Of a stretch of 64,000 nt of DNA, positions 46,322 through 56,818 are shown piece after piece (position 1 is the stretch's first letter; every line of letters starts with the position of its first letter). The stretch covers positions 1 through 64,000 of the forward strand of contig CAZUFC010000004.1 in the NCBI GenBank assembly GCA_964619725.1, read 5' to 3'. The notes below the pieces were generated by a model, which was not told the DNA's origin, ran no database searches, and worked only from the letters and a program-made list of their open reading frames with translations. The stretch comes from an uncultured bacterium (GTDB lineage: Bacteria; CSSED10-310; CAZUFC01). The position numbers and the translations under genes were made by a program.

Positions 46322-47082
46322 GAAATATGGAAAACAATCATTACAGCTACGAAATTTACAGAGACCCGACACATGCTGCGGAATTTGAACAGGATCGATT
46401 TGGAGGAAAATTCGGAGAATACATACGTCGGTACGATGAACAGCTTATCTGCAAACTCTTGCCTGATGACCTCAGTGGCTGCAGCATCCTGGACGTCGGC
46501 GCCGGAACGGGAAGGCTTTCCATACCGCTTTCCGGAAAAGGCGCTCATGTTACGGCCCTGGACGCCTCTTCAGCCATGCTCAAAATTGCCGTTCAGAAAA
46601 GCAGGAACAGCAAAAAAATAAATATTGTGGAAGGGGATGCCCATTTCCTTCCCGTCGCTGATTTTGCTTTTGATTACGTCGTTTGCACTCGCTTGCTCAT
46701 GCATGTGATTCACTGGAAGAAGGTAATTTCCGAAGTTTGTCGCGCTGCACGCGTGGGAGTTATCATTGATTTTCCGACAATTTCCAGTTTCGCCGGCACC
46801 GCTCCGCTTGTAAACGGCATAAAAGAATTTTTCGATATCAAAGTTCAGAATTACAGGGTTTTCTCTGTGGCTGACATCTATTACGCCTTTGAAAAACAGA
46901 ATTTTCAGGTGGATAATATGCAACGCGTTTTTCTGCTGCCCTTTTTCGTTCATCGAAAACTGGATAATCCGAAACTTTCCGAAAACATAGAAGCTTTCTT
47001 CAGAAAAATCAGGGCCACCGAATATTTCGGTTCGCCGATGTTGTTGTCTGCTTTCCGAAAAAACAAGAGTGATAAATTATGA
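46318..47082 (+). CDS. Class I SAM-dependent methyltransferase
   Basis: ILDVGAGTGR, ALDASSAML, GDAHFLP, FDYVV. Confidence 0.9.
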   Translation: MRNMENNHYSYEIYRDPTHAAEFEQDRFGGKFGEYIRRYDEQLICKLLPDDLSGCSILDVGAGTGRLSIPLSGKGAHVTALDASSAMLKIAVQKSRNSKKINIVEGDAHFLPVADFAFDYVVCTRLLMHVIHWKKVISEVCRAARVGVIIDFPTISSFAGTAPLVNGIKEFFDIKVQNYRVFSVADIYYAFEKQNFQVDNMQRVFLLPFFVHRKLDNPKLSENIEAFFRKIRATEYFGSPMLLSAFRKNKSDKL

Positions 47083-48257
47083 AAAGGATTTTAATGATCG
47101 CTCCGGAACCTTTTTTTAAAATAAGGGGAACTCCTTTCAGCGTTTTTCATCGATGTCGCGCTTTAACTTCTCTGGGTTATGAAGTTGACCTTATAACTTA
47201 TCATCTTGGTGAAAACGTTGATATGAAAGGATTAAATGTCATCCGGTCGCCCCGGTTCAAATTTATCAAAAACGTCCCCATAGGATTTTCAATTCAGAAA
47301 ATGTTTCTGTGGTGGATATTGCTGGGAATGGCGTATCAGCGATTGAAACAATTTGATTATCTATGCGTTCATACTCACGAAGATGCCGTCTTTATGGGCG
47401 TTGTGCTCCGTAAAATGTTCGGGATAACCCATGTTTACGACATGCATTCCAGCCTGCCCCAGCAATTTGAAAATTATAAAACGACGAGTTCAAAAGCTTT
47501 TCTGAAATTCGCTTATATGATGGAGCGAATGGCTTTAAAAAATTCAGACGCGGTCATTACGATCTGTTCAAGCCTTTTTGAGCATGCAAAATCTGTAAAC
47601 AGGGAGAATTTTAAAGCTTTGATTGAAAATGTATCTTCAACGATCGGATGCAGCGCCGATGATGAACAGGTTAAAAATTTAAAAGAAGAATTGGGCATCA
47701 TAGGGGAAAAAGCGGTCATATATACAGGGACGCTGGAAAACAACCAAGGCATAGATTTGATGATAGATGCCTTTGCTGAAGCCGTCGATTTAATTCCTCC
47801 GGCCAAACTAATCATAGTCGGCGGAGAGCCTGAACAGGCAGAGTTCTACCGCAGATACGCCGAAAAGCGTAATATTGCAAACAAGGTTTTGCTGACCGGT
47901 AAAATGCCCGTTGAAACAATGGCGGTTTTTATGAAAATTGCTGACATCCTGGTTTCTCCACGGTCCATCGGCACTAACACGCCTTTAAAAATTTACACAT
48001 ATCTTGAGGCAGGCAAACCCATCCTCGCGACCAATCTCAAAACCCACACGCAGGTGCTTTCAAAAGATGACTCCTATCTTGCAAAACCGACGGTTGAGGG
48101 ATTAAAGGAAGGACTTGTCCGGCTGATGAATGATGAAAATTTGCGTTTCAAATTGTCGAAAGGAGCGCGAAGCTTATTTGAAAATTCTTACAGCGATGAA
48201 ATGTTCGTCGCTAAAACGAAGAAATTTTATGAAAAGGCGCTAAGTCTTATGAAATAA
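47079..48257 (+). CDS. GT4 family (GT-B) glycosyltransferase
   Basis: YTGTLE..QGIDL, ADILVSPR..GTNTPLKIYTYLEAGKPILAT. Confidence 0.9.
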   Translation: MKRILMIAPEPFFKIRGTPFSVFHRCRALTSLGYEVDLITYHLGENVDMKGLNVIRSPRFKFIKNVPIGFSIQKMFLWWILLGMAYQRLKQFDYLCVHTHEDAVFMGVVLRKMFGITHVYDMHSSLPQQFENYKTTSSKAFLKFAYMMERMALKNSDAVITICSSLFEHAKSVNRENFKALIENVSSTIGCSADDEQVKNLKEELGIIGEKAVIYTGTLENNQGIDLMIDAFAEAVDLIPPAKLIIVGGEPEQAEFYRRYAEKRNIANKVLLTGKMPVETMAVFMKIADILVSPRSIGTNTPLKIYTYLEAGKPILATNLKTHTQVLSKDDSYLAKPTVEGLKEGLVRLMNDENLRFKLSKGARSLFENSYSDEMFVAKTKKFYEKALSLMK

Positions 48258-48283
48258 TACCTAATGAAACGAATCAAACTGAT

Positions 48284-49174
48284 ATGGGTGAAAAGATGAA
48301 AAGAAAAACGCAGGTCTCGGCAAAAATTCGTGATGTCCAGCAAACTGAATTGCAGGCCCAAATAATGACCGAGAAAACCCCGGCTTTCAAAAAATATCAG
48401 AAACTAGTTATCGGTAATACGAAACTGGGCTCATTGTTGAAATATGAATTGATCACGCTGCTTTTCGGTAATCTTCCCGGCGCATTAGGCTACATTACCC
48501 GAAGACTTTTTTATCCTTTTTTGTTCGCCTCATGCGGAAAGGGCGTGACATTCGGCCGCAACATGACTATAAGGCATCCCAATAAAATAAAGATCGGCGA
48601 CTGCTGCGTTTTTGATGACTATAGCGTCCTGGATGCCAAGGGCGAATCGAATGCCGGAATAAACATCGGCAACAATGTCCTGATAGCTCGCAATACAGTT
48701 ATATCATGCAAGGGGGGCGACATCACGATCGGGGACAACTCCAATATTTCTCTGAACTGCATGATTCATTCGGAAAGTTCGGTGATACTAGGCCGCAACG
48801 TTTTAATAGCCGCGTATTGTTATATCATCGGCGGCGGCACGCACGATTTCGACCGCACGGATATACCGATCATTCAGCAGGGCAGTACATCCAAGGGGAT
48901 AATCATAGAGGAGAACGTCTGGTTGGCTGCCGGAGTAAAGATTCTGGACGGTTCGAAGATTGGAAAAGATTCGATTATCGGCACGGATTCGGTGGTGAAT
49001 AAGAGGATACCGGATTTTTCCATAGCGCTGGGGTATCCGGCCAAAGTCATAAAAAACCGGCTGAAACACAAGGTTACCCGCAGAGAGCGAGAGGAAACGC
49101 CAAAATCGCAAAGCGATGAGAGACAGAGCGATGAAGGTGATCCTGAAAAGAGTTCAGATGATTCAGCCGAATAA
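48284..49174 (+). CDS. Hexapeptide-repeat (LbH) acyltransferase
   Basis: [IL]G[DN]N hexapeptide repeats, IIEENVWL, GYPAKVIK. Confidence 0.9.
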   Translation: MGEKMKRKTQVSAKIRDVQQTELQAQIMTEKTPAFKKYQKLVIGNTKLGSLLKYELITLLFGNLPGALGYITRRLFYPFLFASCGKGVTFGRNMTIRHPNKIKIGDCCVFDDYSVLDAKGESNAGINIGNNVLIARNTVISCKGGDITIGDNSNISLNCMIHSESSVILGRNVLIAAYCYIIGGGTHDFDRTDIPIIQQGSTSKGIIIEENVWLAAGVKILDGSKIGKDSIIGTDSVVNKRIPDFSIALGYPAKVIKNRLKHKVTRREREETPKSQSDERQSDEGDPEKSSDDSAE

Positions 49175-49183
49175 GAGTTAGAT

Positions 49184-50158
49184 ATGAAGTTCAGCGACAG
49201 GCTATTTTTTTTCTTCAAGTTTTTTCTGTCCTTCGGCATCATCGCAGCTTTTTTTCTATGGGGAAGAGTAGACTGGGGAGAAACCTGGCAGGCCATAAGA
49301 AACGTCAATGTGAAGCTTTTGATTCTGGCCGCCTGCTTTCATATCCTTGGCCTTTTATTCAGTTCCATTAGATGGAAGAATCTGTTGGCCGCTCAGGGAT
49401 TACGCTACAATATCACTGAATTGTTTAAGTTTTATCTGGTTGGCGGTTTTTTCAATACTTTTCTGCCGGGGAGGGTCGGCGGAGATATTATGCGTATTCA
49501 TGACGTCAGCAAGAAAAAAGGATCGCATGTAGAACCGACGGCTGTCGTTCTTATCGAGAGAGGATCGGGAGTATTGACTTTGCTTGGATTAGCCGCTTTC
49601 GTCATGATAATGAATTTTGACGTCGGTTTTGACATCGCTCCGTTCCAGAAAAGTTTCTGGATTTCACTATTTTTTCTTTTATTAATCGTCGTTTTTTTCG
49701 TTATGTTATTTCATCCTTCAATGGTGAAAATATTATTGAATTTATTTGAGAAAAAATGGTTGAACAGAATGAAACCCTTTGCCGAAAAATTTTACCGCGC
49801 CGTCGTGATTTACAAAAACAGAAGACTGTATTTATTTAAAGCGTTGGCAGCAGGCGCCGCCCTCCAGGTAAATTACGTGATGCATTACTACGTTATTGGG
49901 CTTGCATTGGGGTTCCAGAGCATCAATCTCGCCTTTTATTTCTTTTTAATACCGGTTAGAGCGGTTCTGTTGATGACCCCGGTTTTCATTAACGGATTCG
50001 GATTACGGGAAGCCATAGACATATTTTTCTTTGAAAAAGCAGGAATATCAGCCGGAAAGGCGATATCATTTTCCTGGGTATCCGTCGCTATGACGATGGT
50101 TTATGGATTGATAGGCGGACTCGTGTACATTTTCAGGAAAGAAGCGAAAAGAATATGA
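49184..50158 (+). CDS. Lysylphosphatidylglycerol synthase TM-domain (flippase-like) protein
   Basis: RWKNLL, FFNTFLPGRVGGDIMR, IER, P...NGFGLRE. Confidence 0.85.
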   Translation: MKFSDRLFFFFKFFLSFGIIAAFFLWGRVDWGETWQAIRNVNVKLLILAACFHILGLLFSSIRWKNLLAAQGLRYNITELFKFYLVGGFFNTFLPGRVGGDIMRIHDVSKKKGSHVEPTAVVLIERGSGVLTLLGLAAFVMIMNFDVGFDIAPFQKSFWISLFFLLLIVVFFVMLFHPSMVKILLNLFEKKWLNRMKPFAEKFYRAVVIYKNRRLYLFKALAAGAALQVNYVMHYYVIGLALGFQSINLAFYFFLIPVRAVLLMTPVFINGFGLREAIDIFFFEKAGISAGKAISFSWVSVAMTMVYGLIGGLVYIFRKEAKRI

Positions 50159-51129
50159 TATTGATAACGGGGGCAAGCGGATTTATCGGGAGACATCTGT
50201 CGGAAACTCTGCTGCGATCTGGACATCAGGTGCGGGTTCTTTTGCGAAGGGAAACCGATGAGCATTTTTTTTCAGTGCAACCGACGGAAACAGTCAGGGG
50301 GGATTTAAGAAGCCGCGAAACAATAGACAAGGCTGTATCGGGCGTTGACGTCGTAATACATCTTGCTGCTGTTTTGGGACCGTCTCAGATTCGGGAGAAA
50401 ATCTTCTATGACGTTAACGTCCGGGCAACGGCTGATTTGCTGAAAACAGCACAAAAGTCAGGCGTGAGACAATTTATTTATGGGAGCACGGTCGGCGTTC
50501 TTGGAGACGTCGCCGGAGTCGTTGCGGACGAGTCGGCAGAATGCAGCCCGGAATCTGTTTATGAAAAGACGAAATGCGAGGCTGAATTTATCGTTCGAGA
50601 GGCTCAGAGTCAATCATTCAACATAACTGTAATTCGCCCGGCCTGGGTATACGGACCGGGAGACAGGCGAACCTTCAAGCTGATAAACGCCATTGCATCA
50701 AAGAAATTTATGTTTGTCGGGAAAGCCGGGAACCTGCAGCATCCCGTGTTTATTTCCGACCTTGTAACGGGCATAATGCTCTGTGTGAATAATGAGAGAG
50801 CTGCAGGAGAAATATATCATTTAGGTGGTCCGGAAATTGTAACAGTAAGAAAACTATGCACAACAGCGGCTTCCATCCTGGGAGTATCACTGCCGAGAGT
50901 TTCTCTGCCCTTATTTGCAGCTAAGATACTAGCCCGTTTTTCCGAAAAAATTTTTGATTTAGCTGGAAAAGAAGCGCCGGTAGACCGGGGAAAAGTTGAT
51001 TTTTTCGTCAAAAATCGCGCTTACAGCATAGAAAAGGCGAAAAGAGAACTGTCGTACAATCCGGAAACTTTTCTTGAACAGGGTATGACTGCTGCGATAA
51101 AGTGGTATCGGGAACAATGCTGGTTATGA
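50155..51129 (+). CDS. NAD-dependent epimerase/dehydratase (extended SDR)
   Basis: ITGASGFIG, HLAA, YEKTK (YxxxK), RPAWVYGPG. Confidence 0.92.
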   Translation: MILITGASGFIGRHLSETLLRSGHQVRVLLRRETDEHFFSVQPTETVRGDLRSRETIDKAVSGVDVVIHLAAVLGPSQIREKIFYDVNVRATADLLKTAQKSGVRQFIYGSTVGVLGDVAGVVADESAECSPESVYEKTKCEAEFIVREAQSQSFNITVIRPAWVYGPGDRRTFKLINAIASKKFMFVGKAGNLQHPVFISDLVTGIMLCVNNERAAGEIYHLGGPEIVTVRKLCTTAASILGVSLPRVSLPLFAAKILARFSEKIFDLAGKEAPVDRGKVDFFVKNRAYSIEKAKRELSYNPETFLEQGMTAAIKWYREQCWL

Positions 51130-51218
51130 ATGAACCGGTGAGTTGCTTTTTTAGAGGAACGAACGATGGAGTTCTTCAGCGCGTGGTTCTCAGAGGATCA
51201 GGAATGAGGTTAATATAG

Positions 51219-52682
51219 ATGGATATGCTTTTAATAGTACCGCCGGGAGGTTATTACGCGGAGAGGTGGCAAAAAGGCGTGCTGATGCCTCCTTTGGGAA
51301 TCGGTTATGTCGCTGCTGCGCTTGAAAAAGCAGGTTATGAAGCAGGCATTCTGGATGCCCATGTGAAGAAAATGTCCATGAAGGAGATTGCACGATATCT
51401 CGAAAATAATACTCCGAAATGCATAGGGTTGACATTTACGACAGAGACAAGATTTGAGGGATTTCAGACGGCTGCAGAGATCAAGCGAGTCCTGCCTGAT
51501 GTTCCGATTGTTGCAGGCGGACCTCATGTTTCGCTCGCGGCCGCAGACACGCTGGAACATATCCGCGAAATTGACTATGTCGTGGTGGGGGAAGGCGAGC
51601 TCACAGCAGTCGAATTAATGGATGTAATTCTAAAGAATCGAAAACCTGAGACGGTTGACGGCCTGGCTTACAGGCAAGAAGACAGGATTTTGTTTTCAAA
51701 ACCGCGGCAACCTATAAAGAATCTGGACGAAACTCCTTTTCCCGCCAGGCATCTTTATCCCATGAACGATTATAATTTTCAATTCGATGTTCCGGGGCGG
51801 GGTTCGATACCCTTCGGCAACATTATGACCAGCAGAGGTTGCCCATTTCATTGCAACTTCTGCGCCTCGCCCATAATGTGGGGCAAGAGATGCAGGCTTC
51901 GCTCGCCGGATAATATTGTCCGGGAGATTGAAGAAATCGCCGCTTCATATGATGCAAAAGGACTCTGGATATTTGACGATACTTTTAATTCGGTTCCCGA
52001 ACGGGTCGTTAAAATTTGCGATCTTATCATTGAGAGAAAATTAAATCTCTCCTTCTTCTGTGAAGTCCGGGTCGACAAAATGTCCAAACCCCTTTTAGAG
52101 AAAATGAAAGAAGCGGGTTGTTACTGTATCGGTTTCGGAGTCGAATCCGGCTCTCAGCGTATATTGGACGAAGTAATCAGAAAACATCTGGACCTCAAAA
52201 AAGTAGAACAATTGATCGAATGGTGCCTGGAACTCGACGTGAAACCAAATCCCTTCTACATCTTCAGTCACCCTACAGAAACGATGCAGGATGCCCAGCA
52301 AACCATGGACCTTATTCTCAAATATAAAGACAAAGCTCAAGCCAGCATGGCTTTGCTGCATGTTTACCCCGGAACGGCCCTGGAAAAAACCGCTTATGAA
52401 AAAGGCGTTTTGCCCAGAGACTTTTCTTGGACGCACAAAGATCGGAAAGAGGTCAAAACGTTGCCGTCAGCTCAGGGAAACGTCCCTATATTCCAGGATA
52501 AACTTACCTGGGATCAAATCAGCGGCCTCCTGTTCCAGTGGGCTGAACTGCAGAATTATCCCATATGGAGACATATCCCGAAAGTAATAAGAAGCGTTAA
52601 ATCTTTCGATGACTTTAAAAGATATGTGATTATGGGTAAAAATTTTTTGAAAAGGAAATTATCTTCTTCGAAAACGCATTAG
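51219..52682 (+). CDS. Cobalamin-binding radical SAM protein (4)
   Basis: PPLGIGYVAA, GGPHVS, GEGE, TSRGCPFHCNFC, DDTF, GVESG, YPGT. Confidence 0.93.
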   Translation: MDMLLIVPPGGYYAERWQKGVLMPPLGIGYVAAALEKAGYEAGILDAHVKKMSMKEIARYLENNTPKCIGLTFTTETRFEGFQTAAEIKRVLPDVPIVAGGPHVSLAAADTLEHIREIDYVVVGEGELTAVELMDVILKNRKPETVDGLAYRQEDRILFSKPRQPIKNLDETPFPARHLYPMNDYNFQFDVPGRGSIPFGNIMTSRGCPFHCNFCASPIMWGKRCRLRSPDNIVREIEEIAASYDAKGLWIFDDTFNSVPERVVKICDLIIERKLNLSFFCEVRVDKMSKPLLEKMKEAGCYCIGFGVESGSQRILDEVIRKHLDLKKVEQLIEWCLELDVKPNPFYIFSHPTETMQDAQQTMDLILKYKDKAQASMALLHVYPGTALEKTAYEKGVLPRDFSWTHKDRKEVKTLPSAQGNVPIFQDKLTWDQISGLLFQWAELQNYPIWRHIPKVIRSVKSFDDFKRYVIMGKNFLKRKLSSSKTH

Positions 52683-52710
52683 CGCCATTCAACCATTTCC
52701 TTACCTCGCT

Positions 52711-53238
52711 TTATTCCTCATCGATTTCTCTCAACCAGGCTCCGACTTTTTTCATCTCCCGCTCCCAATCGGACGATATGCGCAATTCAAGAAAGCGGTA
52801 GAAAAGGGCATCCATAATATTTATAAAAGTAGCGAAAGCATCGGCTCTGTCGTAAAAAACCTGTTCATCTTCTGTCGACAATGTTTTGGGTATTTTCATT
52901 GATTTGAATTGCAATTTTTCAGCATTGATCGTCAGATAACAGATTGATTCGTCAACATCAATTCGCAGGCGGGCTTCTTTGACCTTCTTTCCGTTTTTCA
53001 GCGCAAATTTGGCTTCCTGGATGTTCAATACTTCGCCTTTGAATGTCGATACTTCCTCGTCCAAACCCAAGACTATTTTGTTGTCGAAAAAAAGCGTAAA
53101 ATCGCCGACAGGCGATACCGTGAAGCTGCCTTCTCTGATTTCACTTTCAGCAAGTAACCAGGTAAGGAAATCGCTGCCCATGAATTCTTTTGCATCCTGA
53201 TCTTCGATATTGTGTATTTCATTTTCATTATCGTTCAT
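52711..53238 (-). CDS. RdgC-like protein, C-terminal-half type
   Basis: FMGSDFLTWL, EAKFALKNGKKVKEARL pattern; ATG 53238 after GGAG. Confidence 0.55.
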   Translation of the reverse strand: MNDNENEIHNIEDQDAKEFMGSDFLTWLLAESEIREGSFTVSPVGDFTLFFDNKIVLGLDEEVSTFKGEVLNIQEAKFALKNGKKVKEARLRIDVDESICYLTINAEKLQFKSMKIPKTLSTEDEQVFYDRADAFATFINIMDALFYRFLELRISSDWEREMKKVGAWLREIDEE

Positions 53239-53443
53239 TTTTATACTCCGAAAAGGAATCAAGCAATCACCCTTACAGCAGGCCGATTGTCATTTCCTCT
53301 GAAAGAAGGTATGAAAAACTGATGTATCGTAATTCCTACGTAAATCAAGCGTTTTTCCTTTGAAGCGAACTTTCATCCGTTTATTCTTTTCCTCTCCATA
53401 AAGCGGACTGCTCCATCATCAAACTCCCGGCATTTATAAAACA

Positions 53444-54055
53444 TTAAACAAACACTGTGGGTTCAGCCTGATCCCATTGTTCGATCGATTTACGCAAATC
53501 GCCGTTTTTCCAGAATAGAGAACGCATGCTTGCCTCATAGAGCTTGACGGAAAAAGAATCTTCAAACAGATTCATAAATTGTTCAATGACCTTCGAGGAA
53601 ACGGAGCCGAGAAGAACGAAGTTTTCCTGAAGGTTCCAGGCCATTTCAAAGAAATCTGGGACTGCGGGCATTTTTTTGAGTAAATTTCTTTCCACGCGTT
53701 CATTTATTTGTCTGTTTTCTTTAAAACCCGGCCGTTTTTTTCCGGTAGCTTTGATGAATTCATTGATAGCCAGTCTTCGTTCCAGTTTGAGAAGTTTGGG
53801 AGGTATTCTTCTTTTATCGATTCGCATCTGGAGTGTGAGAAATTCACCGTAGAAGATGTTCCCCGTATGAAACTCCGTACTGGAAAAATCATCGAACAGA
53901 GTCCATCCGCAGCTTTCTTTCAGTTCGCTGTCCGGCGGAATGGATTGAAAACGATTGTCATTGACTCCTTTTAACAAGGAATCGTGATAATTTTCAGGAA
54001 GCGCATCAAAAACAAAAAATCGGGTAAAACTGAATGTTCCTGTTAATAAGCTCAT
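53444..54055 (-). CDS. RdgC-like recombination-associated protein, N-terminal-half type
   Basis: SFTRFFV, F.......ESCGW, MRIDKRRIPPKLL...A, LLKKMP; AAGGAG RBS. Confidence 0.6.
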   Translation of the reverse strand: MSLLTGTFSFTRFFVFDALPENYHDSLLKGVNDNRFQSIPPDSELKESCGWTLFDDFSSTEFHTGNIFYGEFLTLQMRIDKRRIPPKLLKLERRLAINEFIKATGKKRPGFKENRQINERVERNLLKKMPAVPDFFEMAWNLQENFVLLGSVSSKVIEQFMNLFEDSFSVKLYEASMRSLFWKNGDLRKSIEQWDQAEPTVFV

Positions 54056-54087
54056 TTGTCAGCTCCTTGAAGACAGAGTGGAGATTG

Positions 54088-56025
54088 TCATTCTTTTTCA
54101 AGGTAAGAATAACCATTGAGGCCATCCTGGTAAATTTTGAGAAATTTGGCTGATTCTCTCAACGAGAGTTTTTTGGATTTAACGCCGGCTTCGACTGCAT
54201 TCCTTAATTTGTTGATGAGTGTTTCGACGTCGTACTGAACATATCTGAGCAGAGCTCCGACGGTATCGCCTGCGATAAATTTGTCAATGATATAATTCCC
54301 GTCTTTTAAGACCGATACATGTACCGTATTTGTGTCTCCGAAGAGGTTATGGAGGTCGCCGAGTATTTCCTGGTAAGCGCCGATAAGGAAGATGCCTAAA
54401 TGATATCCTCTGTCGTCGGGATAATGCAGGCTCAATGTGTCCTTGACTCCGCGCAGGTCAATGAATTGCTCGATTTTTCCATCCGAATCGCATGTGATGT
54501 CTACTAATGTGGTCTTGCAATCGGGTTGCTCATCCAAACGGCTTATAGGCATGATGGGAAATAACTGGTCGATAGCCCAATGATCCGGTAATGATTGGAA
54601 TACGCTGAAATTACAGATATAAGTATCTGCCAGAAAACGTTCCAATCCTGATAATTCTTCAGGGATATAATCCAGCGCCTGAACGATTTTCAAAATTTTC
54701 ACGCAAATTTGCCAGAACAGGTCCTCAGCTATTGCCCGTTCCTCAATATTCAAAAGCCCCAGATTAAATCTGGCCAACGCATCGTCTTTGTAATGCATCG
54801 CATCATGGAACGACTCCTGGTAATTTTTTATTGTAATATTTTTTAGTACATCCTTCATGTCGATTAATAAGTCGGGGGGATTGTCCGGAAAATGCAAATT
54901 GCTGAATCGTCCGGAATAACTGGAAACGTCTGTTACGTCGACCAGCAGAACAGAATGGTGCGCAACCAGAGCTCTGCCGCTTTCCGAGATAATATGGGGA
55001 TGAGGAACAGAGCGTCTTTCGCATTCTTCGCAGACGGACCACACTATGTCTGCGGCATACTCCTGCATTGAATAATTCGCGCTTGATGCGAAATTGGTTT
55101 TGCTGCCGTCATAATCAATGGCCAAACCTCCTCCGACGTCAAAATAATTCAGCGGCGCTCCGAGACGATATAATTCGGAGAAAATCCGTACGGCTTCCCC
55201 CATCGCTTCCTTTATGCTTCTTATGGCAGTAATTTGCGAACCCAGATGAAAGTGCAACAGCTTAAAGATATGCAACATGTCCCTTTCGCGCAAGATTTGA
55301 ACGATTTGCAGTATTTCAACAGTCGTTAATCCGAATTTTGAAAATTCACCTCCTGATCCTTCCCATTTTCCCGCACCTCGTGAAGAAAGCTTGCATCTTA
55401 CCCCAATTGTGGGCTCCACATTCAACTTTTTCGCACAGGATAAAATCAAATCCATTTCATTGAGTTTTTCCACGACGAGTATAATATTTTTGCCGATTTT
55501 CGATGCCAGAAGCGCTGTTTCTATGTATTCCTGATCTTTGTAGCCATTGCAGATGATAAGGGCTTTTTCGTTTTCCATAAGGGCGACGGCTATAAGAAGT
55601 TCAGCTTTGCTGCCCGATTCCAGGCCGAAGTTATATTCCTTCCCGAAATCCAGTATGTCTTCCACAACTTGCCGGCTCTGGTTGACCTTAATCGGATAAA
55701 CCCCCATGTATTCACCCTTGTAAGAAGCTTCATCCATTGATTTTCTGAAAGATTGGTAAAGCTCTTTGACTCTTTGTTTCAATATGTCCGTAAAACGAAG
55801 GAGCACCGGAGTATTGATGTCCCGTTGCATTAATTCTTGCACGAGGAAAGAAAGATCGAGCTCGTATTGCATGTTTTTGTAAGGTCTTACGACAGCATGC
55901 CCCTGCTCATTGATGGAAAAGAATCCCTGCCCCCAATCTGTGACTCTGTAAAAATCTTTTGAATCCTGAACGGTCCATTTTTTTTTGAGTTTCTTTTCTT
56001 TCTTCTTGATATGAGCCTTTTTCAT
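54088..56025 (-). CDS. speA: Biosynthetic arginine decarboxylase
   Basis: YPIKVNQ (PLP Lys), GLESGSKAEL, CNGYKD, HFHLGSQI, DVGGGL, ESGRA, DITCDSDG, GAYQEILGDLHNLFG; AAGGAGGT RBS before ATG 56025. Confidence 0.96.
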   Translation of the reverse strand: MKKAHIKKKEKKLKKKWTVQDSKDFYRVTDWGQGFFSINEQGHAVVRPYKNMQYELDLSFLVQELMQRDINTPVLLRFTDILKQRVKELYQSFRKSMDEASYKGEYMGVYPIKVNQSRQVVEDILDFGKEYNFGLESGSKAELLIAVALMENEKALIICNGYKDQEYIETALLASKIGKNIILVVEKLNEMDLILSCAKKLNVEPTIGVRCKLSSRGAGKWEGSGGEFSKFGLTTVEILQIVQILRERDMLHIFKLLHFHLGSQITAIRSIKEAMGEAVRIFSELYRLGAPLNYFDVGGGLAIDYDGSKTNFASSANYSMQEYAADIVWSVCEECERRSVPHPHIISESGRALVAHHSVLLVDVTDVSSYSGRFSNLHFPDNPPDLLIDMKDVLKNITIKNYQESFHDAMHYKDDALARFNLGLLNIEERAIAEDLFWQICVKILKIVQALDYIPEELSGLERFLADTYICNFSVFQSLPDHWAIDQLFPIMPISRLDEQPDCKTTLVDITCDSDGKIEQFIDLRGVKDTLSLHYPDDRGYHLGIFLIGAYQEILGDLHNLFGDTNTVHVSVLKDGNYIIDKFIAGDTVGALLRYVQYDVETLINKLRNAVEAGVKSKKLSLRESAKFLKIYQDGLNGYSYLEKE

Positions 56026-56401
56026 TTCGTCGACCTCCTTGTCACTCATATCTGAGGATTGGGAAATGAGAGGACGATATTAACATAATAACGAGGATTT
56101 CCAATTAAAAAACTGAAATTTCCCAGTGAAGTATTCGTAACAGGAATCAGGAAAGTTTCATTTCGCCTGATGAGGATCAGTTGCCTGGAGAATTCGAATA
56201 TGTTTTTTGAAAAATGGACTCCTTTTGATGTAATTGATAGATCAGCCGCAGGTTCTATAATCAGGTCGACTCCGCAAAACAGAATTCCTGTGAAAAAAAT
56301 CTTTTCATTTGAAGACAGAAAGATATCTTTTTGCTGCGAGCCTTCCTGATTACAGCCACGCTGCAGTCCATTATTTCATACCGCCGGCATTGGTTTTCCG
56401 A

Positions 56402-56800
56402 CTATTTTTTTCCCTTTCGGAACACGAATCCATAAGTTTTATTTCCGGCGACTTCCCGAATCACGTCGGTTTCAGCTATCAGCTTATCTCCTGTTTTGAC
56501 GTTTGCGTCTCTAATCTGTCCCAATGCTTTTATGCCATTGTCGAATTCCACAATACCGAAGGTTAAAGATTTGGTTTCAAAGCCTTCGGGAAGAGCGAAA
56601 ACCTGAGAATATGCCAGTAATTTGCATTTTCCTTTCAGAGGCACCTTGATGAAATCATCATAAATAACTTCTGAGGGGTCCCGTCGGGTTCTGCATTTTT
56701 CGCACACCATTGGTGCGGGGTAGTAGAGTTTTTCGCATTTCGGGCATTTATAGGCATAAACATTTTTGTCTACAGCATAGAGGTCTTGAATTTCGTACAT
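56402..56800 (-). CDS. DUF35 (Zn-ribbon + OB-fold) thiolase partner protein
   Basis: CPKC..YYP....CEKC, G.L.AYS....P.GF......GIVEFDNG; directly downstream of the thiolase. Confidence 0.88.
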   Translation of the reverse strand: MYEIQDLYAVDKNVYAYKCPKCEKLYYPAPMVCEKCRTRRDPSEVIYDDFIKVPLKGKCKLLAYSQVFALPEGFETKSLTFGIVEFDNGIKALGQIRDANVKTGDKLIAETDVIREVAGNKTYGFVFRKGKK

Positions 56801-56818
56801 CTCGATTCTCCTCTGTTG

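Noticed and set aside
49105-49140. Short tandem repeat (QSDER/QSDEG) in the acyltransferase tail
   Set aside because: Only two imperfect copies in a low-complexity tail; no evidence of phase variation
36426-52682. Hopanoid biosynthesis cluster (HpnA/HpnJ/HpnL-like gene types)
   Set aside because: No squalene-hopene cyclase, squalene synthase or HpnH/HpnG in the window; the gene types are generic
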